In this document: in pieces, positions 34,437 to 49,400 of the stretch
How positions within the stretch are numbered: position 1 is the first letter of the stretch
Layout: the number at the start of each line of letters is the position of its first letter
Assembly (NCBI GenBank): GCA_013115145.1
Contig: JAAPAO010000071.1
Span: forward strand, 27,532 to 91,531
DNA from: Perkinsus chesapeaki ATCC PRA-425
Taxonomy: Eukaryota; Protista; Perkinsozoa
Direction of reading: 5' to 3'
DNA length: 64,000 bases
Translations under genes and position numbers: made by a program
Notes under the pieces: generated by a model
What the model was told of the DNA's origin: nothing
Database searches by the model: none
Seen by the model: the letters and a program-made list of their open reading frames with translations, nothing else

Positions 34437-37400
34437 TTATTCGAGCATATGTATCGTGTGTGGAGGCGAAGTGACCATTCCTATAGTATGGACCATTTCT
34501 GAGGGAGGAATTTCCTCCATCTCGACCATGCCACGACATTTCCAATACATAGTCATATTAAGAGGAGGCGATTCGCCTTCAATAGAAAACATAGCCGTGA
34601 CTTCATAAAATCGGGAAGCCTTAAAATCAACAGGGACGACAGTGCTCAAATCCAGAGGCCGAGATGCGTTGTTTGTTGGTTTGTAGTTGACAACGGTCTG
34701 ATCGTCCACAGCCAATGTGAGAGAAGCGCCTCCTTGCATAACCGGATTAAAGCGGCAGGCTAGCCTGTCCGAGGATACTTTAATCCAAGTGCGGAAGATA
34801 ACAGCATCATACATTAATCCAGAGGTTGTGAAATACGGGTGGATAAACGTGCTTATAGGGTCACCTCGGAACTGAGGGTTATCGAACGCTTGGACCTCGA
34901 GCCCGGTCGTGTCGGGATGGGTGCAACTAAAACTAACTCCTCCGAGTGGCTGCTGTAACGCGCTGACCCATTTACCGACTATACCGGCCGGATCAGGATC
35001 GTGAGAGCAGATGGCGACAGATTCACCACTAACCGGCGTGAACCCTTCTTGGCAGGTGAAGGTTGCCACAGTTCCCAACGAGATTGTGTCGTTACTATAC
35101 GTCACATTGACATTACTGGAAGCATTGATCGGCGCACACCAGTTCGCCGCGATGGCACAAGTCAGTGAGATGGCCGACCAGCTATTCGCAGACGTGCACG
35201 TTGTAACACTTGCGCCTCCGATTTGGACGCTGCCAGGGAGGCAACCGAGAGTTGCTTGAGAACCCATTCGTAAGCCGTCGGTGATGGAGAGAACTCTGAG
35301 ATTCTCAGGCGCCAGGCGCGGGCAAGACTGCTCATCGGCATCGCAGGTTATGTACTCGGACGGCGAACCGACAGGATTCCAGACAACCTGGTTTGTCATG
35401 GGGAGCCTAAAGACTCCGCCTGCCCCACAAACCATAGAAGGCCAACCATAGTAGCCTTTGGCACCAGTATCACAGGATAGAGAAATGCTTTCTGAAAAGT
35501 TTGCCGGACGGTTCGGCGAGACTGAACCGCGAGTGAGTGTCGGTGAAGGGCAGTGTGCCTCCTTAGGGGAGCAGGTGAGGAAGGCGCTTACGACTACGTC
35601 CGAAAGCACGTCTCTCCAGAGCCGGTCCACACCGCACACTAAGGTTTGTGAATCGGCGCCACTATCGCCTTCGTAGCCCTCCTTGCATCTGGTAGTTATA
35701 GTGTCCTCTAGTGCACGACGGCCACCGACTATTATGTACACTCCGTTGAATTGAAGGGCAGGTTCCGCACACCAGTTTTGCATTCGAACGCAAACCAGCG
35801 GTTGGTATGGCATCTCACTGCTATCATCAGCACGAACCCAGGAGCCTTGTTGGCCGCATCGAATGGCAGTATAACCATACAGCGGCTCATAGCCTGTATC
35901 ACAACTCAGACTCAGCGTATCGCCGTAGGGATGGTATCCATCGGGAGATAAGTGAGACACCACAACACTCTGGGTATCAATGCCTAGGTTTGCATCACAA
36001 TGGCGAGGACTAGGTTCGCAACTTAAAGGGATGGGTGAGGCGCCAGCTGTATTAAACCTGAGAGTAGGAACATGGCCGTGCCACCGTACACCGGGAGAGC
36101 TCACCAACTTCCGCCTGACGTAGAATTGCCGCCGCAAATGATCTCGACGTCACCCGAATTGTACACGTATCCCTGGTTGCAACCGAGGAAGGCTCTGCTG
36201 CCAAGCTGTCTTCCGCTAGTAGCATTGAGAACAGCGGCAATCGACGAGTTTACGGGTACAACAGGGCACCAGTCTTCCACGGGACTGCATCGGGAAGGCG
36301 AACCATCACTTGCCGACAGCGCAGTGTCGGAGTCCAACCAAACGCCAATTGTGCCTAACGAGCTGGTGCCCTCCGCGGCCAGAGAGCACGCTTACCACTA
36401 GGACCATAGCCGCAGAACTTGCTGGATGTCTGACTGGCGGTTACGGCGGTATACCCGACTGCACAAGTGACTCGAGCTAGAAAAAGACGCCATTGATTGT
36501 AGACCGGGTAGACTGGAGAGTATAGAATCGCCTGGCTGTGGACTCACCTTTGGTGCCGAGGCTATTAACTGGTAGTTCTTCAACCGTAGTAGCCAACGCA
36601 CATACAAGAGGCTCTAAATCCCAGACTCCTAAGCCTTCGCACGTGCTGGTGCAAGTGAGCAGCGAATGACCTGAATATGAAACAGTCATCCTCAAACTGT
36701 GCTTCACTGTAACCGCGTAAGATACCTCTGATGGGTGCGTAGCCGGTGCGGCATTTCATCCTCAAATAGCTGCCTATCGTAAGCTCGTCTGATGCATCCG
36801 TTATCTCGCTTTGATTTCTCGGCGGTAAAGAGCAGAAATTTCTTATCTAGGCGAAGAATTATTCCCCGCAGGACGACGAGGTATCAACCTTAGTGCACGA
36901 CAAAGGGCCATGAGGATCCGTCCACGACCAGCCGGAGCTGTCACCACACTCCAGAGCCGTGGACTCGGGGCGGAGGTCAGCTGCTTCGTAGCCCGGAGCA
37001 CACTCCATATAGAGCTTCGCTCCTTCAAGACTCGTAATATTCCCGGAAATCTCGGCAGTGCTCACGCCTAAAGTTGAAGATGGGGTGAGGAATTGTATAC
37101 ACGTATGTGACCTGTTGCGCATGCGTTCGATAGACTGGCGTTTCGTTGCAGTGTACCACAACCGGCCGGCAGTCGAGGCAGCGAGTAGTTAACGATCTGG
37201 AGGCAATGAATGAAACATCATCAGTCAAAGGATAACTCACTATCATATTCGATGGTATTGCTGTTGGCAGATCATCTCGACATGTCGATGTTCTGAGGGA
37301 TCCACCAGGCGTCAGCTCCCCAGCAGTGCAGCACTGTGGTGATGGAAGGCTCCATTGACCACCAGCTAGGCAGGTAGTATTAATCCCGTTAGTAAGGCTA

Positions 37401-40400
37401 CCGTCATCGCCTGCAGAAGAGAAGCCGACTTCACAAAGAGAGGGAATGGAGAGTCTCACGGTAGTGCAGCCATCCTTCTTCACAGGTCACTTCTACTACG
37501 GTGCCGACCGCAGTGGCGTCCAGGGGATGGGCACCAACAACAGTGCTAGCCTTAGTAATTCGACTAATCCTCGCTGATCCAGACTCAATAGCGCCAGGGT
37601 CGCAGACTCCGGTGGCCGAGTTGTTCGTGCCTTCGAGAAGGAAAGTGTGCTGTCGGCACAGGCCAACCTACCGTTATCGCAAGCCGGTCGTGTCTGTTGC
37701 ATGTAAGAGAGCAGCAAGCTGTCGTTCATTGCATACGGTAGAAGCCTTGAGGACGACCATGTTTGGTGGATCTCAATTTGCATGGGTCTGGATGGCCCGT
37801 TGGTCCCAACGCTGGCTGCTACCCGGCGATCGCCGTTCACGAAAAGTGCTGATGGAATGCATATTCGAGCAGCCCGGCTGCTTGCAGCTGCTCACTTATG
37901 TTGAACTCGGACACGTTAGTGAGAACGGGCCCGCTGGTGCTGGCAGACGTCAGATTTGTCTCAACAGCACGATTAAACTTCGCGGCAAGGCCAATATGTA
38001 ACCAGGGAGAGACTTGTACAGGAGTAACCAACACGAACGGAGAAAGTACCGAAATTGCGTCGGTAGCATTCAAGCCATTGGCGAGGAAAACCTAAGCACG
38101 AGACAGCAACCAGGGATATAGGAACCTTATGCGTTACCAGTGATCCATTAGCGCTATTGTATTGTATCTGGAATAAACTTCCATTGAATATTGTAGCACC
38201 ACTAGGGACCTGACCATAAAGGGTGCTGAGAGGTTGCCCGTCTGTTATCAGAGAAGAGCTTACTGCATGTGCGTTCCACCAAAATGCCACGGAGAAGTCG
38301 GTACTATTGGCCGCAAGTGAAAGACTTGTATTGTGGCAGGCATTGTCGGCTGAGTAAACTTCATCGCCTGTAACAGCTGGCCGATAGCAAAGCAAAGGTG
38401 TCGTGCCCATCTCGGGCTCCCATATCCTATTTACAGTACACCGGAAGAGCGCTGAGCCGTATGATCTGGTATAGCCCTGAATGTAGGGGGTGAACCAAGG
38501 AGAGACTCTGGACGAGTTACTTGAGGACACTGAGCCTCAGCAGTTGCATCCAGCGTTCTACTAGCACCGGCAGAAATAGAGCTGCTCATCAGGCGAACCG
38601 TGTGAGGATACGATAAATCTGCCACGCCGAACTCTAGGGTGTCGCCGCAGTACCTGCGTGAGTACTGTAGCAGTTATTCAATGGTAAGGTGCCAATTTCG
38701 AGCGTTTCCTTTGGGAAGCCCGGAGAAACGGAGACAACAACCTGTCTCACAGACCCGAATCAAACACAGTGCAAATGCCAGGTTAGCCATGCATATGGGG
38801 GGCAAGACCCCTTGAAAATGCCCTGAAGAACACTCCCGGCTCAGTGTGTCAACGGAACAGCTATTTACACATAGACGTCCGATATATGCTTACTCTGTCT
38901 CCTGCACACAACGCACAGTTAGTGTGGACCACGTGAAGTTGGTCTGGCAGCCTATGGTGAAACTTCGATTGCTGTAATCTGGCATGTAGCCAGGGAGACA
39001 GACAAGGGGAGTCGAGCTTCCCACGGATCGCAACGTTCCGTCGAGCACGGTCAGGAACTACAATCGACCTTAAAACCTTATGTGAAACGGTTTTCTCACT
39101 TTAGTTGTAGTGTGGTTGATTGTTCCCCAAGGACTCGGGCATAAAACCTCGTGCTGTATGCAGCTCAAAGTGGGGACACCACCGTCACGGCGCAGCCAGC
39201 GGCCTGCGAAGCTACCTGTCTTCTTGCAGTATCTGACAGGTTAAGCGTTCACTGTGCCGGTCACGGAGCTTACAGGTCCGTAGAGATGCCGTCCGCGTCC
39301 GAATAGCCCAAGTCGCATTGCAGACGGCCCACGTCTTGAGAGTAGTTGGAGCTGAAATAGTTGTCGTCATATTTGTCGGCTATCAAGAAAACGACTTTAG
39401 GGAATGGTGCAGTTACTATGCTCCTCGAGGCCATTGAGTTGAGGGGTTGACTATTCACGTGTGAGGAAACAAGTACGTGTAGACGAGCGGTAAGTGAGCG
39501 AGGCAAGGTCGATCATGAGAAAACTGAACACCACGAAAACACTATTCATCCACGCAGTGGGTGCAGCGTAGCCGTAAGCTCGAGACTCGCGATGGGCATC
39601 CTACACAAAGAGGCTTACAATATGAACTGGCCATTGGTAATACCCGTCGGCGACGAGCAGCTGATGAGAGAGTCGTTCTGATCAAGACGCCAATAACACT
39701 GTCTTCAAATTAAGACCTTATCAACTCACAGAGTTCAATTGGCAAGCTCCATGAAGAGTGTTGTTCATCTCTAGAAGCTTCAACGATGGAGTCTCGACGG
39801 ACGGACACCAATCTCTGAAACGGCATCAATGACAATATAAAATCTCTGCTGCAATACATACTGGACGAGCTCGCAGCACCGCAGGGGCTCGGCTATCCTC
39901 CTGGTATCGTTCATGACCACCCAGGCAGCATTGGACTTCACCCAGGATACGTGTTCAACCATAGTCCAGTTTGTGACCGTAACAGGAGCGCCACCAGCGA
40001 ACCCGACAGTGAAGGTTCTTGTGACGTTCTCGAACGTGACGACCCTTTCCATTCGAGAGGAGTTGCAGAGAACATCGCTGTCCCCTCCAGAGCGAAGGTA
40101 GCTGCGAAGCAGGAAACGATGTGACAGAGACCATGCTGGTCCATACCCTGGCATGCACTGATATTTCCTCCAGCTCCCGCCCATTCTCCAGTGCAGAGGG
40201 AACCTTGTCTCATCGCTCTGTATATGACCAGACCTGTCCATGGATCCACTCGACAGACCAGGACGAAGTCGTCGCGAACCAGAGACGGCGAGCGGAATAC
40301 GTGAGCCCTCACATTTCCACTCGGACATTCGCCATGAGTGACTCAATGTCTGGACAATCGTATTCAGAATGTAGGCATGAAGGGCGTTCGCTCCACATTA

Positions 40401-43400
40401 GGTCCATGACTTCGCCAGTAGCCAAGCGACGGGGATAAATCCGTACCTGTGGTTTCCAGCTTATAATATTTCCTAATACTTCCCAAGTGAAACGATGTCA
40501 CCCCTGCAATGGCTAGATCCCTAATCGGCAGACTCCCGCCCGACGTCCAGTTTCCATCTCCGACTGCCAGCTCGGCACCAGCGTCGTTGGCGCCATTGAC
40601 GATACGATCGAAGCAATCACGCGTTATCCGGTAACTGAAGGAGGGTATGCATATGTACGCATGCCGGGATCGCATCGGATATAAAATCTGAGCTATGGAG
40701 CCTTAGTCATTGGACAAACGATGTACACGAAGTAAGTGTGACGAAAAGGCAGCTCAACGGGAAGGCTCGTTTGTTCTGCCTTCATGAGGCGCCAGACCGG
40801 GGGGGGCGAAAACCCATTCGATCACACTACGAACGTTCAACGTAAACAATAGCCGCTGTCTACTGCAGAATATCTTACTTGGAACCAACTTGAGTCCTTC
40901 GACCATTGACGTGTACCTCCATATTTGGCCCCGCGGCATCCGCATCCCAGGACAGTGCTATATGCATCCAGTCCAAGCATGCACCACTCAGAGATATTCG
41001 CTGCGATGATCTGATTAACGAGTGAGATGGACTGTGATGGACTGAACTCCGACATCGACGATCAGTGGAGGCAGCGCGACCTACCCGATCATGTCACCGC
41101 AGTTGGGGCCGACTCTGGCTTCAAGAGTGTTGTTCATTGTGATCTTCAGGCTCAACGACTCGGTGTCCCCACCCTCCCCAGTCCATGCGAGAGATGTCCC
41201 ATTAGCTGAAGTGTTGAGCGTCCGCAATCTCATCAAGTATTGAACATCGCCGAAGGGTGGCACATGACAGTCAGTCTTCACCCACATAACCACTGTAGCA
41301 TTTCTCTTCACAAACTGGCGGCCCGGGAGTAGTGGCAGGGTGCCAGCTGAGGCGCATCCGTGAGTTAGTGAGTGGAAATCTGAGCCTTCAATAAGTGGGA
41401 GGGAGTTGAAGCAGTGAAGCGGATCTGCTGGGGCGCCAGTCCGGAGCGACTTCCACGCTCCCCGGCTATCGGGGCCAACACCACAGACAAGTTCGGTATC
41501 ACCGCTGGAGTGATGGTAGTCCTCATCACCGCAATCAAGAGCGAGTTTCCCACCGCGGACATTATGCGGACGAGTTAGCTGTGTGTAAATCGGGCCTCTT
41601 GTGGTGTTAACAGGAACAACTCGGATACTCCCGTTATAGGCCGAATAAATAGGCGGCAAGGGTGGGCAGAAATCTGCCTCGAGTTCGCATTCTAAAGGAT
41701 GGGCATCCGACATGCCCGACCAGACCGGCTGCCAGCCGCCGTCGTCCGCGCATTCGAGGGTATCCGTGAAGTTGACAACTGTGGTGGAGATCGAATCAAC
41801 CATCTCCCAGTAAGGCGAACCATCTGTTGAGTTTAGTTTGGTGACATTCTGACTTGTCACAAAGCTGGTATGACTGGCGGGTTGCCAGCCAATATCACAG
41901 CTGAGCTTGGCGACTGTGCCCAGATGAAGCCTCTCACTAGTGTAGTTAGAAACCACCACACCGACCGTAGGAGAATATGGACGGCAATGGTTCTGGCGAG
42001 GCGCGCAGAAGAGATCGGTGATATCGACAGGGCCACTAAGGTCCAGTGTGGACATCCATCTCCCGTTTGAGGAGCATCTGTATGTGTCTCTATCACCCAC
42101 CAATGTGTGGCTCGTTTCCAGTATGAAATGACTATCGCAGGCAAGCGTAATGATGCTGCCGATAGTAGAGTCGTGCCCAGCAATGTACGTGATGTTACCG
42201 TTTAGAGGTGGGGCAATACTCGGACAATAGTTGAGGATACGTTGACACTGCAGTGGGGACATAGAACCTGAAGAATGAAGTGCTCATTTTATGCAAATTG
42301 GGTTGCTATGAAGAGCAAGTCAGCCAGTGGATCCTTCGTTGATGAAGAGACAGACTGGGTTGTGGAAATATTTTTGATTTTTCTTGATAACCTGGCTGTG
42401 CTGTATGAGCTGGTCACTCATGTCGATAGATAAAGCTACAGTTGGCCCTTACTTCCGGAAGATATTCCCAGCCATACACCTCGGGAACTATTGCTCGGAT
42501 CCGGCGCACAGGTGTATGTCTCATCGCCACTTGCGGGCTCATATCCCGGAGCGCAGATGGAGCCTGAGCAACCCATAATCTAGGTTAGAAGACATCTTAC
42601 CTCCGCTCGTGTTGATTGAATTCGCTGCTGAAAGTTGTGCAGGGGGAACTGGTGCACGAATCACAGGCAAGTTCATGTCTACACCGTGCGGAGGGCAGAA
42701 GTTCGGTATGAGCTCACAGTCCAGCAGCATGTCTGCAGTGGCCAGGGACATTCCCTAACCGAAGGCTGGCATCATCAAACAAATCTTATGTTAGGGCTCA
42801 CGTTGAGGCTAGCGGGATCGAACCACTGTCCCGCAGATCCACACAGTATATGGCGGAGTCCTCGCACTGGATATGCGCCGGTGAGGCATCCCAGCTCCAC
42901 AATGTCCCCTATGTGGCTGCCTTCTCCAGTCGCTGTCCAATTCACAGGCTTCGTGAGAGGGCCTAGCGGCAGACTGGAGCAGTAGCCGCTACGACGGGCA
43001 CATCTGAGCGGCACTGCCGGTATCGGCTCGCCACTAGCGTAGAATTGATCGATCGTCCAGATGGCAGCAGCCGTACTTGAGCCGCCAGAATAAGTTCCCG
43101 CCTTGCCGCCACAATACGCGACACTGTCGCCTTCAACAGCCTCGTGACCCTCGAGACATTTGATTCGGGCGACAGAGCCGTATGCCCTCTGCTTGCTCAA
43201 GGAGACGACGTAAGACCCTTCAAGAAGCGGTCGTAGATCCGGACACAGGTCAGCTTGCTCGATGCACTTCAACATCACAGCAGGTGCACTGTCTGCGGCT
43301 CGCCTCCAGTCGCCCGAACCTCCGCAGATCAATTCTGAGTCGCCCAAGAGTGGTAAGTATCCCGGAGAACATGAGAGAATCCCGATCGTGCCGACCTCCA

Positions 43401-46400
43401 TGGTCCAGCTTGACAGGGAAGCCAGATACACGCCAGGATTGACAGCGACATGTTGGCGGAGATCGGCGCATAAATCAAGGACCCTACCGCAGGCCAGCGG
43501 CTTCTGCGGCTCGAGATCTCGAGACTTCCAGAGACCATCTTCGCCGCAGATAAGCATACTGGCACCGCCAATAGGTGAGTATCCATCAGCGCACTCCATG
43601 TAAGCCACAGACCCAGCTGCCCGAAGGTCGGTGAGCTCCCGTATATAAGCATTAGAAGGGACTAATGTCGGGCACTTGACATTTGTGTCATCTCGAATCA
43701 CCATGCCGAACTTGCTTTGCCAAGTCGTCGACGCTGGGAGCGAGTATGGTGGAAATGTGACACTGTAAATCCCTTCGCCTATGTAGCTGACATCACTGGC
43801 ATACACTCTCGAGCTGGAGCTGTTCCCAAACGATGAAGGCCCCTCCAGGTAAACATACCAGGTATCCGAGCCGTCTTTTACAATATTACTATAGCGATCT
43901 CGTGCGGTGATGTTGAAAGTTAGACTCTGATTGCGAGGAATTTGCGTGCTGGAAGACCACAACGACGCGCTGGCGCAGCACGGGTGAGATAGGCCGGGGA
44001 GAACTGTGTAGTTAGCACCGTCCAGCCAGATTGTTCTGTTAACCCTCGGGTAGTATACGAAGCCCTGGACGCCCCAGAGCCCAGCCTCAGTCGGTTGGAA
44101 TTGAAACCTGTTGCTCGTCTTATCCTTAGCCGTCCGCGCATGAGTGGACCCGCGCGCGCCGCTCGGAGTGAAAAGATCTATGTCTACAAGCACGGGCCCG
44201 AGCTCGTTAGCTCTAGAGATCTCAGAGTCGACTGCTGCTACTTGGATCTCATTTCCAGCAATATCTCTGAGGAGAATCGTGCACTCTATGAGAGCGTTCA
44301 CTGGCTGGGGTGACATGGGCGTACAAATTAGCTGGGAAGTTGTACGGTCAGCCAGGTTTGGCCATACCTGAACAGAACATCAAGTGCCACACGACGAGGT
44401 ACGGCGAAGAAATCAATAGAAGCAAACAATCACAGAAATCCATAAACTGTTACTAAACTTCTATATTTGGAAAACACCGCGCGATGGCATGGTGCAACTG
44501 ACATTAGAACCCATCATGTGAGCTATAAGTGACATTGCATTGATTATCCCCGAGAGTCTACTTCACTGTAGTCCAGGAATACTATTCCGTCAACGCAGAC
44601 TTCATGCTTTTGACAAGCTTCGAAAGCCAGTGATAAGATGGCCACTTACTTTTAAGGTGGTACTGATCCTGGTGGCTGGGTTGTTGTTCAGCTCAATTGT
44701 CACCTCCTGCTCCTCAGTTGCTCGACTAGGATTGATATCGATTCTGTATCTCGGTCCAGTACTCCGGAAGACGGCCCATTGCCAATTAAGCAGCTCAGGC
44801 CTCCCGCTCGCAACTTTCACGAAAGCGAACAGATCCTGACTGTCTAGCAGATTCCCAAAGGTATCGCGGGTATCCACAAAGAGGCTGATTTGCCCTCCAG
44901 CCCGACCCTCGACAGGGTTCCCCTCCGCCCAACTCAGTATTCCAGCTCTCTCTCCTGAACGAACAGTCCTGTTGAAGCCTTCACTCAACGGCTCCTCCCA
45001 CGCCAGCCAGCTAGGTGGGACAGGCTGCCAAGCATAGGCATCGTCGTCACCGAGCCACCACTCGAAGAACGCTTCTGACAGCTGCCTTATATCTATGCAG
45101 CTGAGCTCGATCTTAACCTCCGACCAACCGGGAGCAATCCGGATTCCCCCACTGGTAGTCGACCCTTCCCGGACATTCTCTTCATTAGAGATCTCGAAAG
45201 GGTTTAACATCCGCAACAGACAATGGGTTTTCAGTGTAACAGTTAGATCAGTAGACGCTGCTGGGAAGTTGACATGACCAATCAGCCTAATCGAGAAGCG
45301 CCTGTCGGTTAGCGCGCATGGTAGGAGCCCCGCCCATCCAGCCGCCCACCAGTCGCTTGTTAGGGGACCAGGAACGAGTGTGGTGCACATCAGGTCTTGG
45401 GCTCTCATAGTTTCCCCGGAGAACCACTGCGCGGCAAGACCGCCGGGACGCAGTATCGTCCCCTGACCATTATAGAAACCGGAAACGTTCAATCTGATAG
45501 AAAAACCGTAAATGCCATTCAAGGGATCTACACTGAGGGAATCATGTTCTGCCACATAGGGGGACATGGAACACGGGGGAATACCCTCTGGGGGGATTTT
45601 TGTCTTCACTGTGCTGCCCACACAGGTGGCCGAAGCCAGATGGAATGCACAACCGGGTAGTGCCAGACACTGTGCTGGTGTGGCCATGAAGCGGCACCGA
45701 GCGTTACAGTGCACACCTTCAAGCCAGAAACCAACTAATATGCTGACGTTGTGCTCGACTACTGGGTCCGCCCACAGGTCCCTGGCTTGGATTCGGACCG
45801 TCACCTCCTCCCCTGCTGTCACCGTCTGGGCATCAGGAGTCTCATCGATTGCCCTACTATGGTTCGATGCGCCGACGTATTCCAGATGAAACGGCTGGTT
45901 GAAGTGTTCATGGGGTTGGTCAGGAATCTTACTGCTGTGCTGTACTGTAAGGAGTAGAGGGCTCCCTGCGCACGTACCACTGAGTCTGTGGCTGCACACC
46001 ACCGTATAGCTACCGCTCCGTAGCGGGATGAAAGGCACTTCGATGCTAGAGTCTCGTACAACTGCTCGGTCGATCATTGAGGTCTCGTCACCATCGACAT
46101 TTCTAACGAGCTTTATCTGCCAGTCGTCCAGGATTGGTGGGTCGTCCACTGCGTTGCCACATCCGTCGCGGATATCTAGTTTCAAAATCGCCCCGATGCC
46201 CATACCAACGAGGCCATCAACGACGCTCGAGATGCTCAATGTAGACGACCCAGCATTTGTCCTGCCCGGCAGAATTTCCAGTTTGAAAGGCGACCCGAGG
46301 ATATCTTGTATAGGCAACTGGGTGCCATCCGGCAGTTGGGCAGATGCGCGTATCCTCACGATGGTCTCCCCTGCCGTGCACATTGCAAACGACAGACTCT

Positions 46401-49400
46401 GGGTACCATCGCCATTGTCAACCAACTGGTAGTAGTCGCCGACTCCAGGATTATAGAGTAAGCCAAGATCGATCGACAGGTCCAGAGGTGTGTCTTGGAA
46501 GTATGGCTGACCGTATCTGGTCACCGATTTCGGTGCGCGCGACATTATTCTATCCTACTTATCTACAGCATTTATCCGCATTTCTACAACTTCGCCAGCT
46601 ACTGCTACAGAAGTCAGATTAGTAATAGTGGACCTCGGCGGATCGATTGTACCTTGAAGAATGTGCCCCTACCATTTATATCCAGACCCTTACCCAGTAT
46701 GTTGATCAGGAACGGTGAGCCAGGGATTGGGTTCCCCGCGAGCGTGATGGACAAGTCGTAGATGCCCGGGTCCACTAGCTGGAAACATACCCTACCAAGG
46801 GTCACTTGTACTACTAGGCGATTGCTCGACACTCACTGGTAGGTGCCATCGCCATTGTCGACGACGTTTTCAATCGGTATGATCGGTCTAGCCGAATGTC
46901 GCGGGCCAACAACAGCAGCGACATACTGGTCACCACCTGCAGTCCTGGGGGCACCGCCGCTATCGTAGGATATTATGGAAAAACATGTGGGCTCGTTTGC
47001 TTCAACCTGAGCGGCTGCATTTAGCAGACAGGACCAGAAGCAATTTGCGGAGGTGAACTTTGAGACCTTCTACGAACCCGCGAAACTCGAGGGAAATCAG
47101 AATTTGGTTATTAACTCTAGGGAGCTTTCACCACTGGTAATAGTGTACCGCACTGCCGCAATTTCACTATCATCAAGAAGCTCTGTAGTGACTGGATTCA
47201 TATTTTTGCGCATTCCTTCGACGGAGTGTGCTGCAGAGTTTCCGACCTGGGAGAAGTTTCCGACCACTCGAGCCCTTGTCCAGTCTGATGCTGCAGCCTG
47301 AACGACGACAGGGATCGGGCTGCCTTTCATGGAGTCGCCGAACAGAGTGGCAATCAGGAGCGTATTGACCTCTGGTGTGCCTAAGCCAGGTTAGGTAGGG
47401 GTACAGGAGAAAGCCTAGGTCATTACCGGCCGGCAGTGTTATTGCGCCCGAGTAGTAGGCCCCACTGGGAACCCATACGACGCTTCCAAGGATCGTGGGG
47501 GACACCAATTGCACAACGATGTCAGAAACAAATGAGCCGTCGATAACGATGTTCCCCTGCGCGTCTCGAAGCGTGATTTTGAGAGGTATAGTTCCGGTGG
47601 CCACAGCACGGATTGCGCCGTCCACCGTGGGTGTCGCAGGTTCGACCTCAGATTCTTGCGCGGAGGGTACTCCAGCTCGAGCCAACAGGCCCTCGAAAGG
47701 GCTGCCATTGATGTCTATTCCGGCCGAAAGACAAGCCTTGGGAACCTCGACCCAGCCCGGCCCGATGTTAGCCCGAGCCGGGAGGTTCATGATGAGAGAG
47801 ATGCCGACAGGACGGTCGATTGATTCGGCAGAATGCGCTGGTCTGTGTTCGATCACAAATGGATAGGCCACATCAACCTTCACGGTGTTTGCAAGTGTCC
47901 TTGTCGCCGACACAAACGGGTTGGCTACAGTGGGCTGAAAGGAACACTTCGTCCGTAGCGTAAAGGATCGGCTGTAGCGTTAAGCAGAAAATATACTGAC
48001 AATCAGAGCAGACCAAAGCTTGTGACGCAAATTTCGGTGGGAGGTGCGTCGCTCTCAGAATACAGTCGCATTTCACATATAATCCCCCTTGCTTGGAACC
48101 CCACTTGAAAAGCTACTTGAATAATCGAGCAGAAGGAGTAAGAATGAGAAGGAGCGAGTGCAGCGTTCCTAGAGCGCCAGTGTAAATCTAATGAGGCCCA
48201 GTGTACCTCAAATGGCGAACGTGGCATAAAACGCAGTATGTGTCAAATTGTTGAGCAAATAAGAAAACCTAACCGACGATGAATCATCAAACGCTGTCAG
48301 TGATGGCCTGTCAGAGCAGATATTCCGGAAATGATCGACAAACCGTGTGAACGGCGAAGGTGGATCTGGTCTCACCTGTTCGCCGCTAACAGCAAAGCAG
48401 TAAATTCCGTCACTTTCCGTCTCCGGGTCGCAACCCCGCGCCTGCACGTCGGTAATTGTTGGTCTGTCCCACTCCTCGTCAGACATGGCCGAGTACCCAG
48501 CTCTGTAGGCTTCCAGAACTACACCCATATTCTTCCAGGCCATTTTTACCCAGCTTTGAGCTGAGACAGTAACCCCCAGCATAGTAGGTACCACGCCACC
48601 GAGTCTGCCGTAGCGGTCTCGCAAACAGTCCCACTGAAGATAGCCGGACCAGCGCACGAATCTAGGCGATTCTCGACCAGTCGCCCAACTCTTCGTGACA
48701 CCATGGTCGATCCTAAGTATGTCAGGCAGCTGATGCACAGGGGGTTCCGGAGACCAGGAATAATACATAGCCATCACACCTGGGATGGCTTGCTGTACGT
48801 GGACACGGAAAGGGCCGGAGACAAACGGGATCGAATAGCTCCGATAAATGCCGCCCACGGTGACCGCCTCTCTAGCATATAGTACGTCCCCTAGCATGCC
48901 ATCGGAGCTTCCTTCAGTGCTAGGTTCTGTCACCAATACGAATCTGGTAGCACCGCTTTGGCGGTCAACCGGGCCGAATTGTGCGCATCCGCTTGAACCT
49001 TCTAAGATACACCTCTCAGCCACCCAATTGGCATCAATTACCGTGCCCACTCGCGGCCCTGTCCGAGCCACCTCTCCATTGGCTATGGAGGACAACGGGC
49101 TGAGATATGTATCGGACGCCGAACCTGTGTCACTTCTGTCCCATATATAAACCCGGGCTTCATCGAGTGGGGCTTGCTGGCTCAAAACACCCGGAACGGG
49201 GGATACTTCGCCTCCCTCAAAAAAAGGAGGGGAGGGCGTCATAGGCATGATCGCACCAGAAGCCGTATCCGAGTCCAGGATCAACCTCACCGTGAAGAAT
49301 TTTTCATCAGCATCGTACACACCATTGTCGAAGATGGGGATCTTCATGGTGCGTCTGAGAGTGACCGATCTCATAGCTTCACTGCGCCAGGAAATTGCAG